Source: Promethearchaeota archaeon
GTDB lineage: Archaea > Asgardarchaeota > Lokiarchaeia > Sigyniarchaeales > SOKP01
NCBI GenBank assembly: GCA_019057795.1
Contig: JAHLWS010000052.1
Coordinates: 32,835-96,834 of the forward strand
Direction: 5' to 3'
Length of the DNA: 64,000 nucleotides
Position 1 is the first letter of the stretch. The number at the start of each line of letters is the position of its first letter. Shown here one piece after another: positions 32,901-41,549 of the stretch. The position numbers and the translations under genes are program-made. The notes under the pieces are model-generated. The model did not search any database and was not told where the DNA came from. It saw only the letters and a list, made by a program, of their open reading frames with translations.

Positions 32901-33411
32901 TAGCCTCATTGTAAGCATCATCTAAAGCTCTATGCTTTTCAATAAATTTCTCTTTTGGAAACAAAAAATCATATGTTTTTTGCATTGATGGCCATTTATA
33001 CTCATCAGCACGACCTGGAATTTTTAAAATTCTAGCTGAAACCATCATAATACAAGGAAACTCATTTAATATTGAAAAACCCCTGTTTCTTAAAAAACTA
33101 AAATCAAATCTTTTATTAAAAGCAGTTACTTTATAATTATTGAAAATTTCCTGAAGTTCATCAGTTACATCTTCTAGTCTATTAGCATCTTCAAATTCTT
33201 CAGGTTTAAATAAATTTTTACTAAAGGGCGAATTTTCTAATAATTTAAAATTGAATTTTTTTTCATAGATTAATGAATTGAACAATTCACGAATATTTCC
33301 AGAATCTAAATCTAATTCCACAATTCCTATTTCAATTATAAGATCATTTTCTTCATCTAATCCTGTAGTTTCGATATCAATAACTGCAATTTTTTTCAAT
33401 TTGTTAAACAC
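29908..33411 (-). CDS. Fusion protein: DEDDh 3'-5' exonuclease + SAM-MTase-like domain + reverse transcriptase + helical C-terminal region
   Basis: DIETTG (aa12), FNKRFD and HRALDDA (aa160); IVDFGCGP (D at aa258); LADIKNYFDSI (D602), GIPIGSSLS and YARYMDD (Y680). Confidence 0.88.
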   Translation of the reverse strand: MFNKLKKIAVIDIETTGLDEENDLIIEIGIVELDLDSGNIRELFNSLIYEKKFNFKLLENSPFSKNLFKPEEFEDANRLEDVTDELQEIFNNYKVTAFNKRFDFSFLRNRGFSILNEFPCIMMVSARILKIPGRADEYKWPSMQKTYDFLFPKEKFIEKHRALDDAYNEAKILYKLYIDERFVEMEFSRPLEEVYSRYVSRSFNKSNIKKKFEHCPRNPDEAIYYLKTKFPLHYAKSRRAFQETNCIPLGCGKINIVDFGCGPFTFSLGLIDEILINSEIYGGGSFELKIFGLDKSFFSLMDGLNLIEELKKEIYNRAIKIEVITKHDDGNFDDIDMKIEDWLESNPADYYILGYNASMSSGIKNFNTIVEKLIKRAESSVFYTFVIEPFRYQSGLNLDELNKNFQDNMFYLRKLESSCKKPKGMQSNYSAIYSDFKALIGDNRNKYITEVLEKSNILKYEIDLILILNKVKRWLLQERLTDFIGIYLTEWNIDLTSKLFKNYIPNYKNMRFLNYKIQKGLIPNKYRNFTLINFPVTTLSIIILSYIGKKLDDSLNKSVLGSRFCKIKRIDRIYQFFTIGYNKFSNFEIERDNRQYLLCLADIKNYFDSIDRNLLKENLINKFDKLGIPLNYIPILLNLIGDQKGIPIGSSLSSLIANLMISDLDSNLLSHPYVVNYARYMDDLKIILKAPNDKESREEFKDFLKTQLNKLNLELKEEKFEIKDIDRNSFKYEYNRIFKEYTKRYFDLIRPIKYGLSIILYLQRKKEKIINKSNLKNMAEKISKALELQGIIFNEDALLKYLILVNFKLNNPEFIEEIEDLIKSKDTKFKINKNILDFASNEFPKYFLEFNWSWLSKCYDFAKEMYNKLNSELEKWDHVHNSLDQLDDSKNEDLRGDIIKQKKEILENEEFLYSVRMIKYLIYRLTKMNFFKLKGKSNIVINKIIKFIRLFFPIKLIGLILYKYDHIGILKKLLEQSMEILDEDQEIYSRKIYPNDISYLIHLLGLYYEKKPDKLPNDIEYWLEKIDLILLTRPYEEKIAISEFILRLNLVNKISYHKFKIWFGQADNLLVLKNILICIAFHSKSSEYVPIEFLDLILKKYSLDEVIMNLTLRLYTEIKKKKKINIFHNEDVFNRIKVFPNSIDLDYELRSIFDWEEGFGGSFFTDS

Positions 33412-33431
33412 CTAGCGTTCTAACCATATTT

Positions 33432-34211
33432 TTATAACTTTTTTAATACCCAATCAAGTTTTTTAATAAAATTATTTATTTTATCCTTGCGTTCCTCTAT
33501 AAAATCTTGGTGGGCTAAATTAAATAACGAATGTGCGTTGCGGTTTCCTGTTTCTTGGAATTCTTTCAACAAATCAATGAATCTTTGGTCAACATCCCCC
33601 ACTATTGTTTTAAATTGCGTATCATTAATCATTTGGTTAAAAGAATCGTTTAATACGCCATATCCTTGATGTCTATTTTTCCCTGGATTGTAATATTTTT
33701 CTATATCTTGAGTCCCGTAAAATGCTTTCAAACAATCATATAACAAATTTTCCAATAATTTTCGAACCATTATGTACATCGACGCAAAATAATAGTTTAT
33801 ATATGTTCCATTGATTTCCGCAATGACTTCCTCGTAAGTAGCATCTTGTAAATTCATTTCTTCAATAATTTTATCGTATTTTAACGATAAGGTATATGAT
33901 TCCTTCAATGATTCGTATCCACTTTCTAAATTTTCATATAATCCCGTTACGACTCCCAATACCAAATGACATTCTTTTCTATATGGATTGGAACTACTTG
34001 CTTCCACTTGTTTATAATATTCTGATTCCTGTCCAAAATGTTTTGAGATTAATACTTTTGATTTTGTCATAAATTTATTAATTTGGGCCATTTCATTGTC
34101 ATCTTTTACTACTGCTGGATATTCAATGAGATCAAAACTCGATTTTAACTTATTACCTTCTTCTAATAATTCTTTTAATTGTTTTTTAAAATCCGTGTCC
34201 TTCATCCCCAT
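33432..34211 (-). CDS. HEPN-like (DUF4145-type) protein
   Basis: 'FASMYIMVRKLLENLL' and 'FQETGNRNAHS' resemble the DUF4145/HEPN R..LE and GN..AH signatures. Its stop is 20 bp upstream of the RT start. Confidence 0.6.
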   Translation of the reverse strand: MGMKDTDFKKQLKELLEEGNKLKSSFDLIEYPAVVKDDNEMAQINKFMTKSKVLISKHFGQESEYYKQVEASSSNPYRKECHLVLGVVTGLYENLESGYESLKESYTLSLKYDKIIEEMNLQDATYEEVIAEINGTYINYYFASMYIMVRKLLENLLYDCLKAFYGTQDIEKYYNPGKNRHQGYGVLNDSFNQMINDTQFKTIVGDVDQRFIDLLKEFQETGNRNAHSLFNLAHQDFIEERKDKINNFIKKLDWVLKKL

Positions 34212-34560
34212 TTCATTTCTCCATTTATCTTTTGCTATGTAATATAAAATTTTTTATCTTAAAACCTTATCTTGTTTAGATCTTTTAATTCTGGGTATTA
34301 TTTAATGCACTCTCGAATGAATTGGAAATCGTTGTTCTTGGTAAAAGCGGTTCTATATGACATCCCGATGATTTGGGTATTTATCCAATCCAACTCGCCT
34401 TGATATACCCATCTCGTTAATCCAAAATTCCTATAATCTGATACTTCTTTATCAAATAATATTAAACATAATCATAGTGTCAATGGAAAATATATCTCTA
34501 CTCCTTTTACCGTGTAGGATGCCATTCCATAAGGGTAGATTACTTTAATTAGGAAAAAAG

Positions 34561-34663
34561 TAGCCCAGAGGGGAATAATTCCTTCTTAAAGAATTCTTGA
34601 GAAGATTGAACCCCTGATCACTTGCTTCGCAGGCAAGCGTCTTATCCACTCGACTACTGGGCT
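34561..34663 (-). tRNA. tRNA-Arg(GCG) with a 30-nt intron in the T-loop (~58/59; intron ~34576-34605)
   Basis: The reverse complement folds as acceptor AGCCCAG/CTGGGCT, anticodon arm CTTGC-CTGCGAA-GCAAG and T-stem AGGGG/CCCCT. The insert forms a bulge-helix-bulge. Confidence 0.92.
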
Positions 34664-34746
34664 AAGCTTATCTGCTTTTCCATTAATAATTATAAACGTG
34701 AATAATACTTAAAATACTTTATTTCTCTATTATAATTTATTACGAA

Positions 34747-35436
34747 ATGTTTAAAGATAAAAACAAGTTTGAAAATTATTGCGTAATATTCGATATGGAC
34801 GGTGTATTAGCGGATACAGGCCCAATCCACTATGAAAGTTGGGTAAAATTAGCCAAACAGATAGGAGTTAAGTTTTCGAAAAAATTCTTTAACCTAACAT
34901 TTGGTCAGCAATCGGTTACAATTACTCGGGAATTAGTAGGTCCAAAGATCAAGCAAGAAGTTGTTGAAAAATGGGCAGACCTTAAGGAACGGTATTATCG
35001 AGAAATGGTTAAAGATGAGTTAAAACCCTTACCAGGGGCGCTAGTTTTAATAAAAGAACTTCACGCTCGTAATTTTAAATTAGCCGTTGGTTCAAGTGGA
35101 CCACCTGAAAATGTGGATCTATTATTGTCAACATTAAATATAAAAGATTACTTTGATGTAATCATAACTGCAGCAGAAGTGAAAAATGGGAAGCCAGCAC
35201 CCGATGTATTTGTAATAGCCGCTGAAAGATTGAATATTAAAGTAGATAATTGCCTTGTAATTGAAGACGCTCCTGTAGGCATAACCGCAGCACGGAAGGC
35301 AACAATGAAAGTTATCGCTTTAAGAACAACACATTGTAACGTGGAGCTTTTAGATGCAGATATGGTTGTTCAAGATTTAAGTTATATTAATTTGAATGAT
35401 ATTTTGGAATTATTAGACATAAAAAAAGATACTTAA
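34747..35436 (+). CDS. HAD phosphatase (beta-phosphoglucomutase-like)
   Basis: FDMDGVL, GKPAPDVF and IEDA motifs. Confidence 0.9.
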   Translation: MFKDKNKFENYCVIFDMDGVLADTGPIHYESWVKLAKQIGVKFSKKFFNLTFGQQSVTITRELVGPKIKQEVVEKWADLKERYYREMVKDELKPLPGALVLIKELHARNFKLAVGSSGPPENVDLLLSTLNIKDYFDVIITAAEVKNGKPAPDVFVIAAERLNIKVDNCLVIEDAPVGITAARKATMKVIALRTTHCNVELLDADMVVQDLSYINLNDILELLDIKKDT

Positions 35437-35480
35437 CCAACTTTTATAACATAACCCAAATGAAGTCCACTATTATAAAA

Positions 35481-35972
35481 TTATTTTAAGTGTTTTTTCA
35501 TCCATATGAGATCAAAAGATTTATTAAACTTTTTTGCTATGTCATCAAATCTAGCACATTCAATAAAACCATGTTTCTTATGAAAATTTAAACTTGATTC
35601 ATTCAAGGAAGATAAATGAACATAAATCGTGTTGATTCCATTATTTTTCGCATCTAAAACTAATTTATTAAATAAAAAAGTACCATATCCTTTTCTGGTG
35701 AATTCAGATAATATAAAATAAGTTAAAACTCCTGTATGTTTAAAATTCACATATGGGAGATAATTCTTTAATACACAAAAACCAACTATTTTTTGGTCAA
35801 TTTCTATAACATAAAATGAAATAGCTTGTCTCTTCAAGTTTATAATAAAATCGATACCAATATTTTCTTCCGAATATGCTGCAAAACTCTCTTTAATATA
35901 AGAATTATAAATCAACATGATGTTATGTAAATCAACATCTTTTGTCTGCCTTATATTATAATTTTTTTTCAT
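35481..35972 (-). CDS. GNAT N-acetyltransferase (Pat/YncA-like)
   Basis: RKGYGT and N..SLNFHKKHGF motifs. Confidence 0.85.
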   Translation of the reverse strand: MKKNYNIRQTKDVDLHNIMLIYNSYIKESFAAYSEENIGIDFIINLKRQAISFYVIEIDQKIVGFCVLKNYLPYVNFKHTGVLTYFILSEFTRKGYGTFLFNKLVLDAKNNGINTIYVHLSSLNESSLNFHKKHGFIECARFDDIAKKFNKSFDLIWMKKHLK

Positions 35973-36015
35973 AAATTAATCAATGAATAGGATTTTATAA
36001 AAAAATATTTTTTTT

Positions 36016-37143
36016 TTATAAGATAAATATTTTCCCTTTGCATTTTTCTTTCACAATAAGTTTACCTACATTAGTAATTCGTTGTGCTAATTCAGTTATT
36101 TTCCACTTTTCGTGCTCTTTTACATAAGTAGCAAATGTGTCTTGTAGAGGATCTTTCCATTTAGGAAGTATTTTCTTAGCTCCCAATTGAGCGCCTAAAA
36201 CTGCTCCTATGTTCCCGCAGTTACAATCAGTATCAAGTCCCATCATAGCAGCAATGCAAATTGATTTGCCAAGATGGTCTTTCTCATCTTGAGCTCCATA
36301 TAATAAAGAAAGAATAATAATTCCAATATTGGGTAAAACATGTACTCCTGAAGTATGAGTATGTAAAAACCTTTTTCTTTTTTTTTGAAGTAAAGATTCT
36401 GATTGAGAGCCCTTAACACCCGTTAACACCAATTTATTTTTTCTTACATCGTCCCAATAATCAATTAAATTCTCTCTTGCTTTTCTAAAGTCATCTGGAA
36501 ATAGATCATACAAATTAATCGCTTTTTCTACCATTTGAGTATAATAACTCTCACTATTAGAAGGGAGAAATTTGAGAGAGTTCTCGATATTTAACCTAAT
36601 TTTTTCTTCAAAAAACGCGTGAGAAATTAAAACTGCTAAGTAAATTTCGCCTTCGATACCAATGCCCGCATGTGAAATAGATCCATCCATTTCTGCAAAT
36701 CTTTTAGCTACTTCGGGACATCCGGGGGAAATTTGACCCCAAATATCTGCCCGCATCTGTGCTCCAATAGCATCGTAATAATAATTATTATAGGTACCAG
36801 ACTTAGGTGGCCAAATTCCTGAATTTATATTTTTTATAGCTATTTTTTCAGCAGTGAAATTTAATGTGTATAAAAGATTTATCCACTCTTGAGCAATATC
36901 TTTCGCGGTGACTTTGCTTCCATGTTTTTCGAGTGCAACAAGTGCGCAGATTTCGTACATTTCGTCGTCATTAACGTAATCTAAATCAATAGGTTTAGGA
37001 AAATATTCGATATTTCCATACTTTTCTATAATAGTTGGGTACGGTACAAATTCTACTGGGGCACCTACAAAATCTCCCGCAACTCGTCCTAACCACGAGC
37101 CCAAAACTTTATTAAAATACTCTTTACTAGTTAACTCTTTCAT
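36016..37143 (-). CDS. ADP-ribosylglycohydrolase family protein
   Basis: G...GD..GAPVE, NDD, GAQMR and DTDCN motifs. Confidence 0.85.
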   Translation of the reverse strand: MKELTSKEYFNKVLGSWLGRVAGDFVGAPVEFVPYPTIIEKYGNIEYFPKPIDLDYVNDDEMYEICALVALEKHGSKVTAKDIAQEWINLLYTLNFTAEKIAIKNINSGIWPPKSGTYNNYYYDAIGAQMRADIWGQISPGCPEVAKRFAEMDGSISHAGIGIEGEIYLAVLISHAFFEEKIRLNIENSLKFLPSNSESYYTQMVEKAINLYDLFPDDFRKARENLIDYWDDVRKNKLVLTGVKGSQSESLLQKKRKRFLHTHTSGVHVLPNIGIIILSLLYGAQDEKDHLGKSICIAAMMGLDTDCNCGNIGAVLGAQLGAKKILPKWKDPLQDTFATYVKEHEKWKITELAQRITNVGKLIVKEKCKGKIFIL

Positions 37144-37439
37144 ATTTGTGTCTTGTAATCTTTAATTTTAATTTGAATTAAAATATGAGAATTATATTAA
37201 ACTTATTAATTAATCTATTTAGTAGTTTCTTCAATCCAAATTTCATTAGAATCCTCTTATTGGGCTCTAATTTTATGTTATAGAAAAATATATGAAGTAT
37301 AACAATATTAAAGAATAATAGAATAAACTTTATCTTCTTCTGTCAAAAATATTGATAATAATTTAATAAGGAATATTTTAAGAAGTTTGAATATAAATAA
37401 TTATAAAAAAAAAATGAATCAATGAGTTAATTTTATTTA

Positions 37440-37850
37440 TTATTTATCATACTCTTTAATGTTGCCCCCAGTTTCAATAAATTCAACATATTTTTTTAAA
37501 CCTTCTAATGTCAAATCTGCAGCTTCCTTGAATTTCTTTTTTAACGTCTTATTTTCAAATTCAACCCATAATTCAACTTTAGATATTGGTAATTTCTCTT
37601 CCAGAATATATCCCATTGAATTCAAATCACTTTGTTCCATTCTCCATTTAACATAGACATCTTTGACTTTCTCTATTTTATTAATAGTCATATCCCCAAT
37701 TGTTGATTTTAGTAAATATTTTTGTTCTTCAAGTAGTGTTATTTCATTTACAATAGGGTTCCATTTTACTGTCTGTTCTCCATCTATTAAAATATTATAA
37801 ATTTTCTCAAGGTTAGTTTTAATATCAATATTTCTGGCAATTTTTGGCAA
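37440..37850 (-). CDS. SRPBCC/START-like protein
   Basis: 'KIYNIL.D.....KWNP' and C-terminal helix 'TLEGLKKYVE'. Confidence 0.7.
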   Translation of the reverse strand: MPKIARNIDIKTNLEKIYNILIDGEQTVKWNPIVNEITLLEEQKYLLKSTIGDMTINKIEKVKDVYVKWRMEQSDLNSMGYILEEKLPISKVELWVEFENKTLKKKFKEAADLTLEGLKKYVEFIETGGNIKEYDK

Positions 37851-37998
37851 ATAACCACCTCAATTGTAGATTACAATGATATTATATAACAATATCTTTT
37901 TTATACATTTGTATAAAAAAACTACTCTTTAAAAATCAATTCTTTCATATTTCTAGAATGTTATTTCTAATTTTTATTTGAATCAAAATATAATTAAT

Positions 37999-38283
37999 TT
38001 ATTTGGGATAATCAGGTTTGCTAGACACTAATGTAGTAGTTTCTTCAATCCAACTAGATAATTCTTCGTTAACATGAATAAAAGTCACAATTTTATCTAA
38101 TTCTTGTAATTTAGTAAATGTGCATTCCACTACCAAATCCCAACCGCCATAAATAGGAGTTACGTATGTTACTTTCCAATTTTCATCGGGAATGGTTGAC
38201 TTTAAACCTTTCAATCTCTCAACGACTTCCCATTCAGTACCAATAACTTTTAATCTAATTAGTATATATCCACGATAAAAAAT
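37999..38283 (-). CDS. Lrp/AsnC ligand-binding-domain protein (probable ATT start at 38283)
   Basis: The extended frame reads (M)FYRGYILIRLKVIGTEWEVVERL...YGGWDLVV...ETTTL, a typical AsnC/RAM domain. Confidence 0.7.
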   Translation of the reverse strand: MFYRGYILIRLKVIGTEWEVVERLKGLKSTIPDENWKVTYVTPIYGGWDLVVECTFTKLQELDKIVTFIHVNEELSSWIEETTTLVSSKPDYPK

Positions 38284-38435
38284 TTTCGAACACCAGAAAT
38301 TCTCTTATTTTTTATTTACTCCGATTTATTTATTTGCTAATATTCTCTTAATAAAGATTTATTTTTTTTGATAAGCTTTATTATTAATACTCAAATAGCT
38401 TTAAATTTAGAATTGAAAATAACGATCTTTAATGC

Positions 38436-40208
38436 GTGATTTTTATAATGGATATTGATGAAATAAAAAAGTTACTATGGGTTTTTGGTCTTACAAATGC
38501 GGTGAAATTCGGGGGAAAACCGAATGTAAAGGCAATTATGGGTAAGATAATGAGCCAAAAGCCTGAACTAAGATCTAAAATTAAACTGATTAAACCTTTA
38601 TTAGATGAAACGATCATCGAAATTACTAAACTAACTTTAGAAGTACAAAAAGAGAAATTACTTGAATTAGATCCATCTGCTTTAGAGAAAAAAGAAACTA
38701 AGAAAGAGAAAAAAGAATTGCCAGAGTTACTAAATACGCAAAATTACGATAAAATCGTAATGCGATTAGCACCATATCCAAGTGGTGCTTTACACATTGG
38801 AAATGCGAGAATGATCGTTTTAAACAACGAATATGTCAAGCGGTATAACGGAGAATTAATCTTATTCTTTGATGACACAATAGGGAGTCCAAAATCTTTG
38901 AGAGGTAGCCCTAATGCAAAATATGTGCTTCCTGAAGCTTACGACTTGATAAAAGATGGTTTAAAGTGGTTGGGAATTGATTATTCTAAAATATATTACA
39001 AGAGTGATAGGTTAGAACTTTATTACGAATATTGTGAGAAACTAATTCAGGATAATATGGCATATGTATGTTTCTGTAGTGCAAATGAGTTTAGGGAAAA
39101 ATATAAAAAGCAAAAAAAAAATTGCCCTCATAGAGATCAATCAATAGATAAAAACCTAGAAGAATGGAACAACATGATTAAATATAAGTACCATGAAACA
39201 GAAGTTGTAGTTAGAATAAAAACGGGAATGACCCAAAAAGATCCTGCAATAAGAGACCAAATAATTGTGAGAATTTCTGAAGCGAAACACCCACTAGTTG
39301 GAAATAAATACATTGTTTGGCCAATGTTAGAATTTTCTTGGGCAATCGACGATCATTTAATAGGTGCGACACATATCCTAAGAGGCGTAGATTTGGTAAA
39401 AGAAGATATAATCGAAGCATTTATCTGGGAGCATTTTAACTGGAAAAAAGTGGAATTCTTGCATTACGGTAGAATTAAGTTTCCAAATATGAGTTTAAGT
39501 AAAACTCAATCAAGAAATAAAATAATAAGTGGTAAATACGAAGGATGGGAAGATCCTAGGACTTGGAGCTTACAATCCCTTAAAATGCGAGGGATTAAGC
39601 CAGAAGCTTTGAAAGAAACGCTTTTAGACCTTGGAATGTCAATTACTGGAATTACTTTTGATGAATCATGGCTTTATTCTAAAAATAAGGATATAATTGA
39701 TGAAATTTCAGATAGGTATTTCTATGTAGAAGACCCTGTTACAATTGAGATCGAAAACATTCCTTTTTCAAAACACACGGCTGAACCATTAGTACTACCG
39801 TCAAATCCTAAAAAAGGAAAAAGAAAAATAAATGTTAAAGCAAAAGAAGGTAAATTGAAAGTATTTGTTGCTAAATCAGATGCTCATAAATTTAAAATAG
39901 ATCAAAATTTTCGGTTAAAAGACCTAATCAACATTAAATTAACGTATATTGATGTAGAGAACCATAAAATAAATGCCCAGTTCCATAGTTACGAATTAAA
40001 CAGAGAATATTCAATTATTCAGTGGGTATGTGAAGAAGAAAATGTGAAAGTTTCAATTCTAAAACCTGATGGGACTATTTCTAAGGGAAATGGGGAGCTT
40101 AACCTTGTAAACATTCCTATGAATAAAACGATACAATTCGAGAGATTTGGATTCGTAAATCCTATTAAATGGGAAAAAGACACATTAGAATGTTATTTTA
40201 CCCATTAA
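38436..40208 (+). CDS. gltX: Glutamyl-tRNA synthetase (archaeal type)
   Basis: RLAPYPSGALHIGNAR, THILRG, LSKT and QFERFGF motifs. Confidence 0.95.
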   Translation: MIFIMDIDEIKKLLWVFGLTNAVKFGGKPNVKAIMGKIMSQKPELRSKIKLIKPLLDETIIEITKLTLEVQKEKLLELDPSALEKKETKKEKKELPELLNTQNYDKIVMRLAPYPSGALHIGNARMIVLNNEYVKRYNGELILFFDDTIGSPKSLRGSPNAKYVLPEAYDLIKDGLKWLGIDYSKIYYKSDRLELYYEYCEKLIQDNMAYVCFCSANEFREKYKKQKKNCPHRDQSIDKNLEEWNNMIKYKYHETEVVVRIKTGMTQKDPAIRDQIIVRISEAKHPLVGNKYIVWPMLEFSWAIDDHLIGATHILRGVDLVKEDIIEAFIWEHFNWKKVEFLHYGRIKFPNMSLSKTQSRNKIISGKYEGWEDPRTWSLQSLKMRGIKPEALKETLLDLGMSITGITFDESWLYSKNKDIIDEISDRYFYVEDPVTIEIENIPFSKHTAEPLVLPSNPKKGKRKINVKAKEGKLKVFVAKSDAHKFKIDQNFRLKDLINIKLTYIDVENHKINAQFHSYELNREYSIIQWVCEEENVKVSILKPDGTISKGNGELNLVNIPMNKTIQFERFGFVNPIKWEKDTLECYFTH

Positions 40209-40304
40209 GCTGATTGTTATATTTTTTATGTGTCATACTTTTAAATCAAAAACAATAATAGAACAATAGTATATATTATTTTAACATCTTAATATATAAT
40301 AAAA

Positions 40305-40397
40305 ATGAACGAAAACGAAAATTTAGACGATTCAACCAAAACTGAGTTTAAATGGCTTTATTGTCCTATCTGTGTTATCCTTTTAAATCAGAAATAA
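40305..40397 (+). pseudogene. Truncated diverged duplicate of the 5' end of the CPBP gene
   Basis: MNENENLDDSTKTEFKWLYCPIC versus MNENDKIDNSNEIKLKWSFCPIC at 40446. Confidence 0.7.
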
Positions 40398-40445
40398 TAA
40401 TAAAACTAAAACAAATATATCATAAAATCTTAGTTTGTTGTAAGA

Positions 40446-41543
40446 ATGAATGAAAATGATAAAATAGATAATTCGAACGAAATTAAGCTAAAATGGTCGT
40501 TTTGTCCTATATGTGGAACTAAAATCCCGGAAGTAAAGAAAGTTAGATTCTGCACCAAATGTGGTGTTGACCTTCAATATATAAACACCCATATGAGGAT
40601 GCCTTCTCGTAATAATACAAGTTATCTGGTCTCCCCAGAAGTAATTTCCCAACAAAAGTTCTATCTGTCAGACAAACCTTTAAGAAAAAAACTTTCTGAA
40701 GAGGAACTCCTTAACTTAGAGGATCAGGAATTATGGGGTAGTTTTGCTTCTATTGGTATTACTGCAGCTGCATATGTTTTAATGAACTTTATTGCAGTTT
40801 TAGTCGTTATAATTTTTATTTTATTTACATTTAACTTAGAGAATGTATTTGATTTCTTAGTTAGCCCGTATTTTATTATAATTACCTCCTTTGTTGAATT
40901 AATATTTATTCTTATCCCAGCTTTATATGTTGGTAAATATCTTCAGAAACCTACACTAAATAACCGTTTGATTTTATTAGGTTTTACTAAGAAAGGATTT
41001 AACAAAACTAAATTTGTTAAAGAAATCCTGATTGGTTTAGGATTTGCGGTAGTGGGAGTAACTTTGGTGTTATCCATCTCTTTTCTCATGGAAATTATAT
41101 TGAACCTAATTTTTGGATATGAAACTATACAGGATTTTTTTGGAACCGCTGGAGAAGTAGATGCAATGATTGCCTCCGCAGACATTCTTAGTATTTTTCT
41201 ATTAGCCATAGTAATGATATTAATTATTGGTACTACCGAAGAAGTATTGTTTCGAGGGTTTTTACAAAAAGGGTTAGTTCGAAGTTTAGGAAAATCGTGG
41301 GGGATTGTTATTACAGCGTTGATTTTTTCATTGATTCATTTGATTGCAATTTTCTTGTCTCCAGGTTCGCCCATAATATTTATAATATCATTTCTTTTTA
41401 ATTTTTTTCCCTTTTTTGCTATTTCTTTATTGCTTGGATTACTATATAATTGGAGAAAAGAAAACTTAATCGCTGTTATGATTACACATGGCGTTTACAA
41501 TGCGCTAACAATTATTCTTGCGTTTATTGTTTTTAACTTATAA
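40446..41543 (+). CDS. CPBP (CAAX/Abi) intramembrane protease with an N-terminal zinc ribbon
   Basis: EEVLFRG, FSLIH and H..YN motifs; CPICG..FCTKCG. Confidence 0.9.
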   Translation: MNENDKIDNSNEIKLKWSFCPICGTKIPEVKKVRFCTKCGVDLQYINTHMRMPSRNNTSYLVSPEVISQQKFYLSDKPLRKKLSEEELLNLEDQELWGSFASIGITAAAYVLMNFIAVLVVIIFILFTFNLENVFDFLVSPYFIIITSFVELIFILIPALYVGKYLQKPTLNNRLILLGFTKKGFNKTKFVKEILIGLGFAVVGVTLVLSISFLMEIILNLIFGYETIQDFFGTAGEVDAMIASADILSIFLLAIVMILIIGTTEEVLFRGFLQKGLVRSLGKSWGIVITALIFSLIHLIAIFLSPGSPIIFIISFLFNFFPFFAISLLLGLLYNWRKENLIAVMITHGVYNALTIILAFIVFNL

Positions 41544-41549
41544 AATCAA

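Larger units (their letters stand above)
29574..34622. mobile_element. tRNA-Arg-integrated genomic island (~5 kb) with no integrase
   Basis: Flanked by the 66-bp att-like repeats. The cargo is visibly AT-richer than the neighbouring host genes. Confidence 0.85.

Noticed and set aside
29908-33411. RT as a group II intron, DGR, retron or CRISPR-associated RT
   Set aside because: No intron domain V or maturase region, no TR/VR repeat pair, no retron VTG motif, and no cas genes or array were seen.
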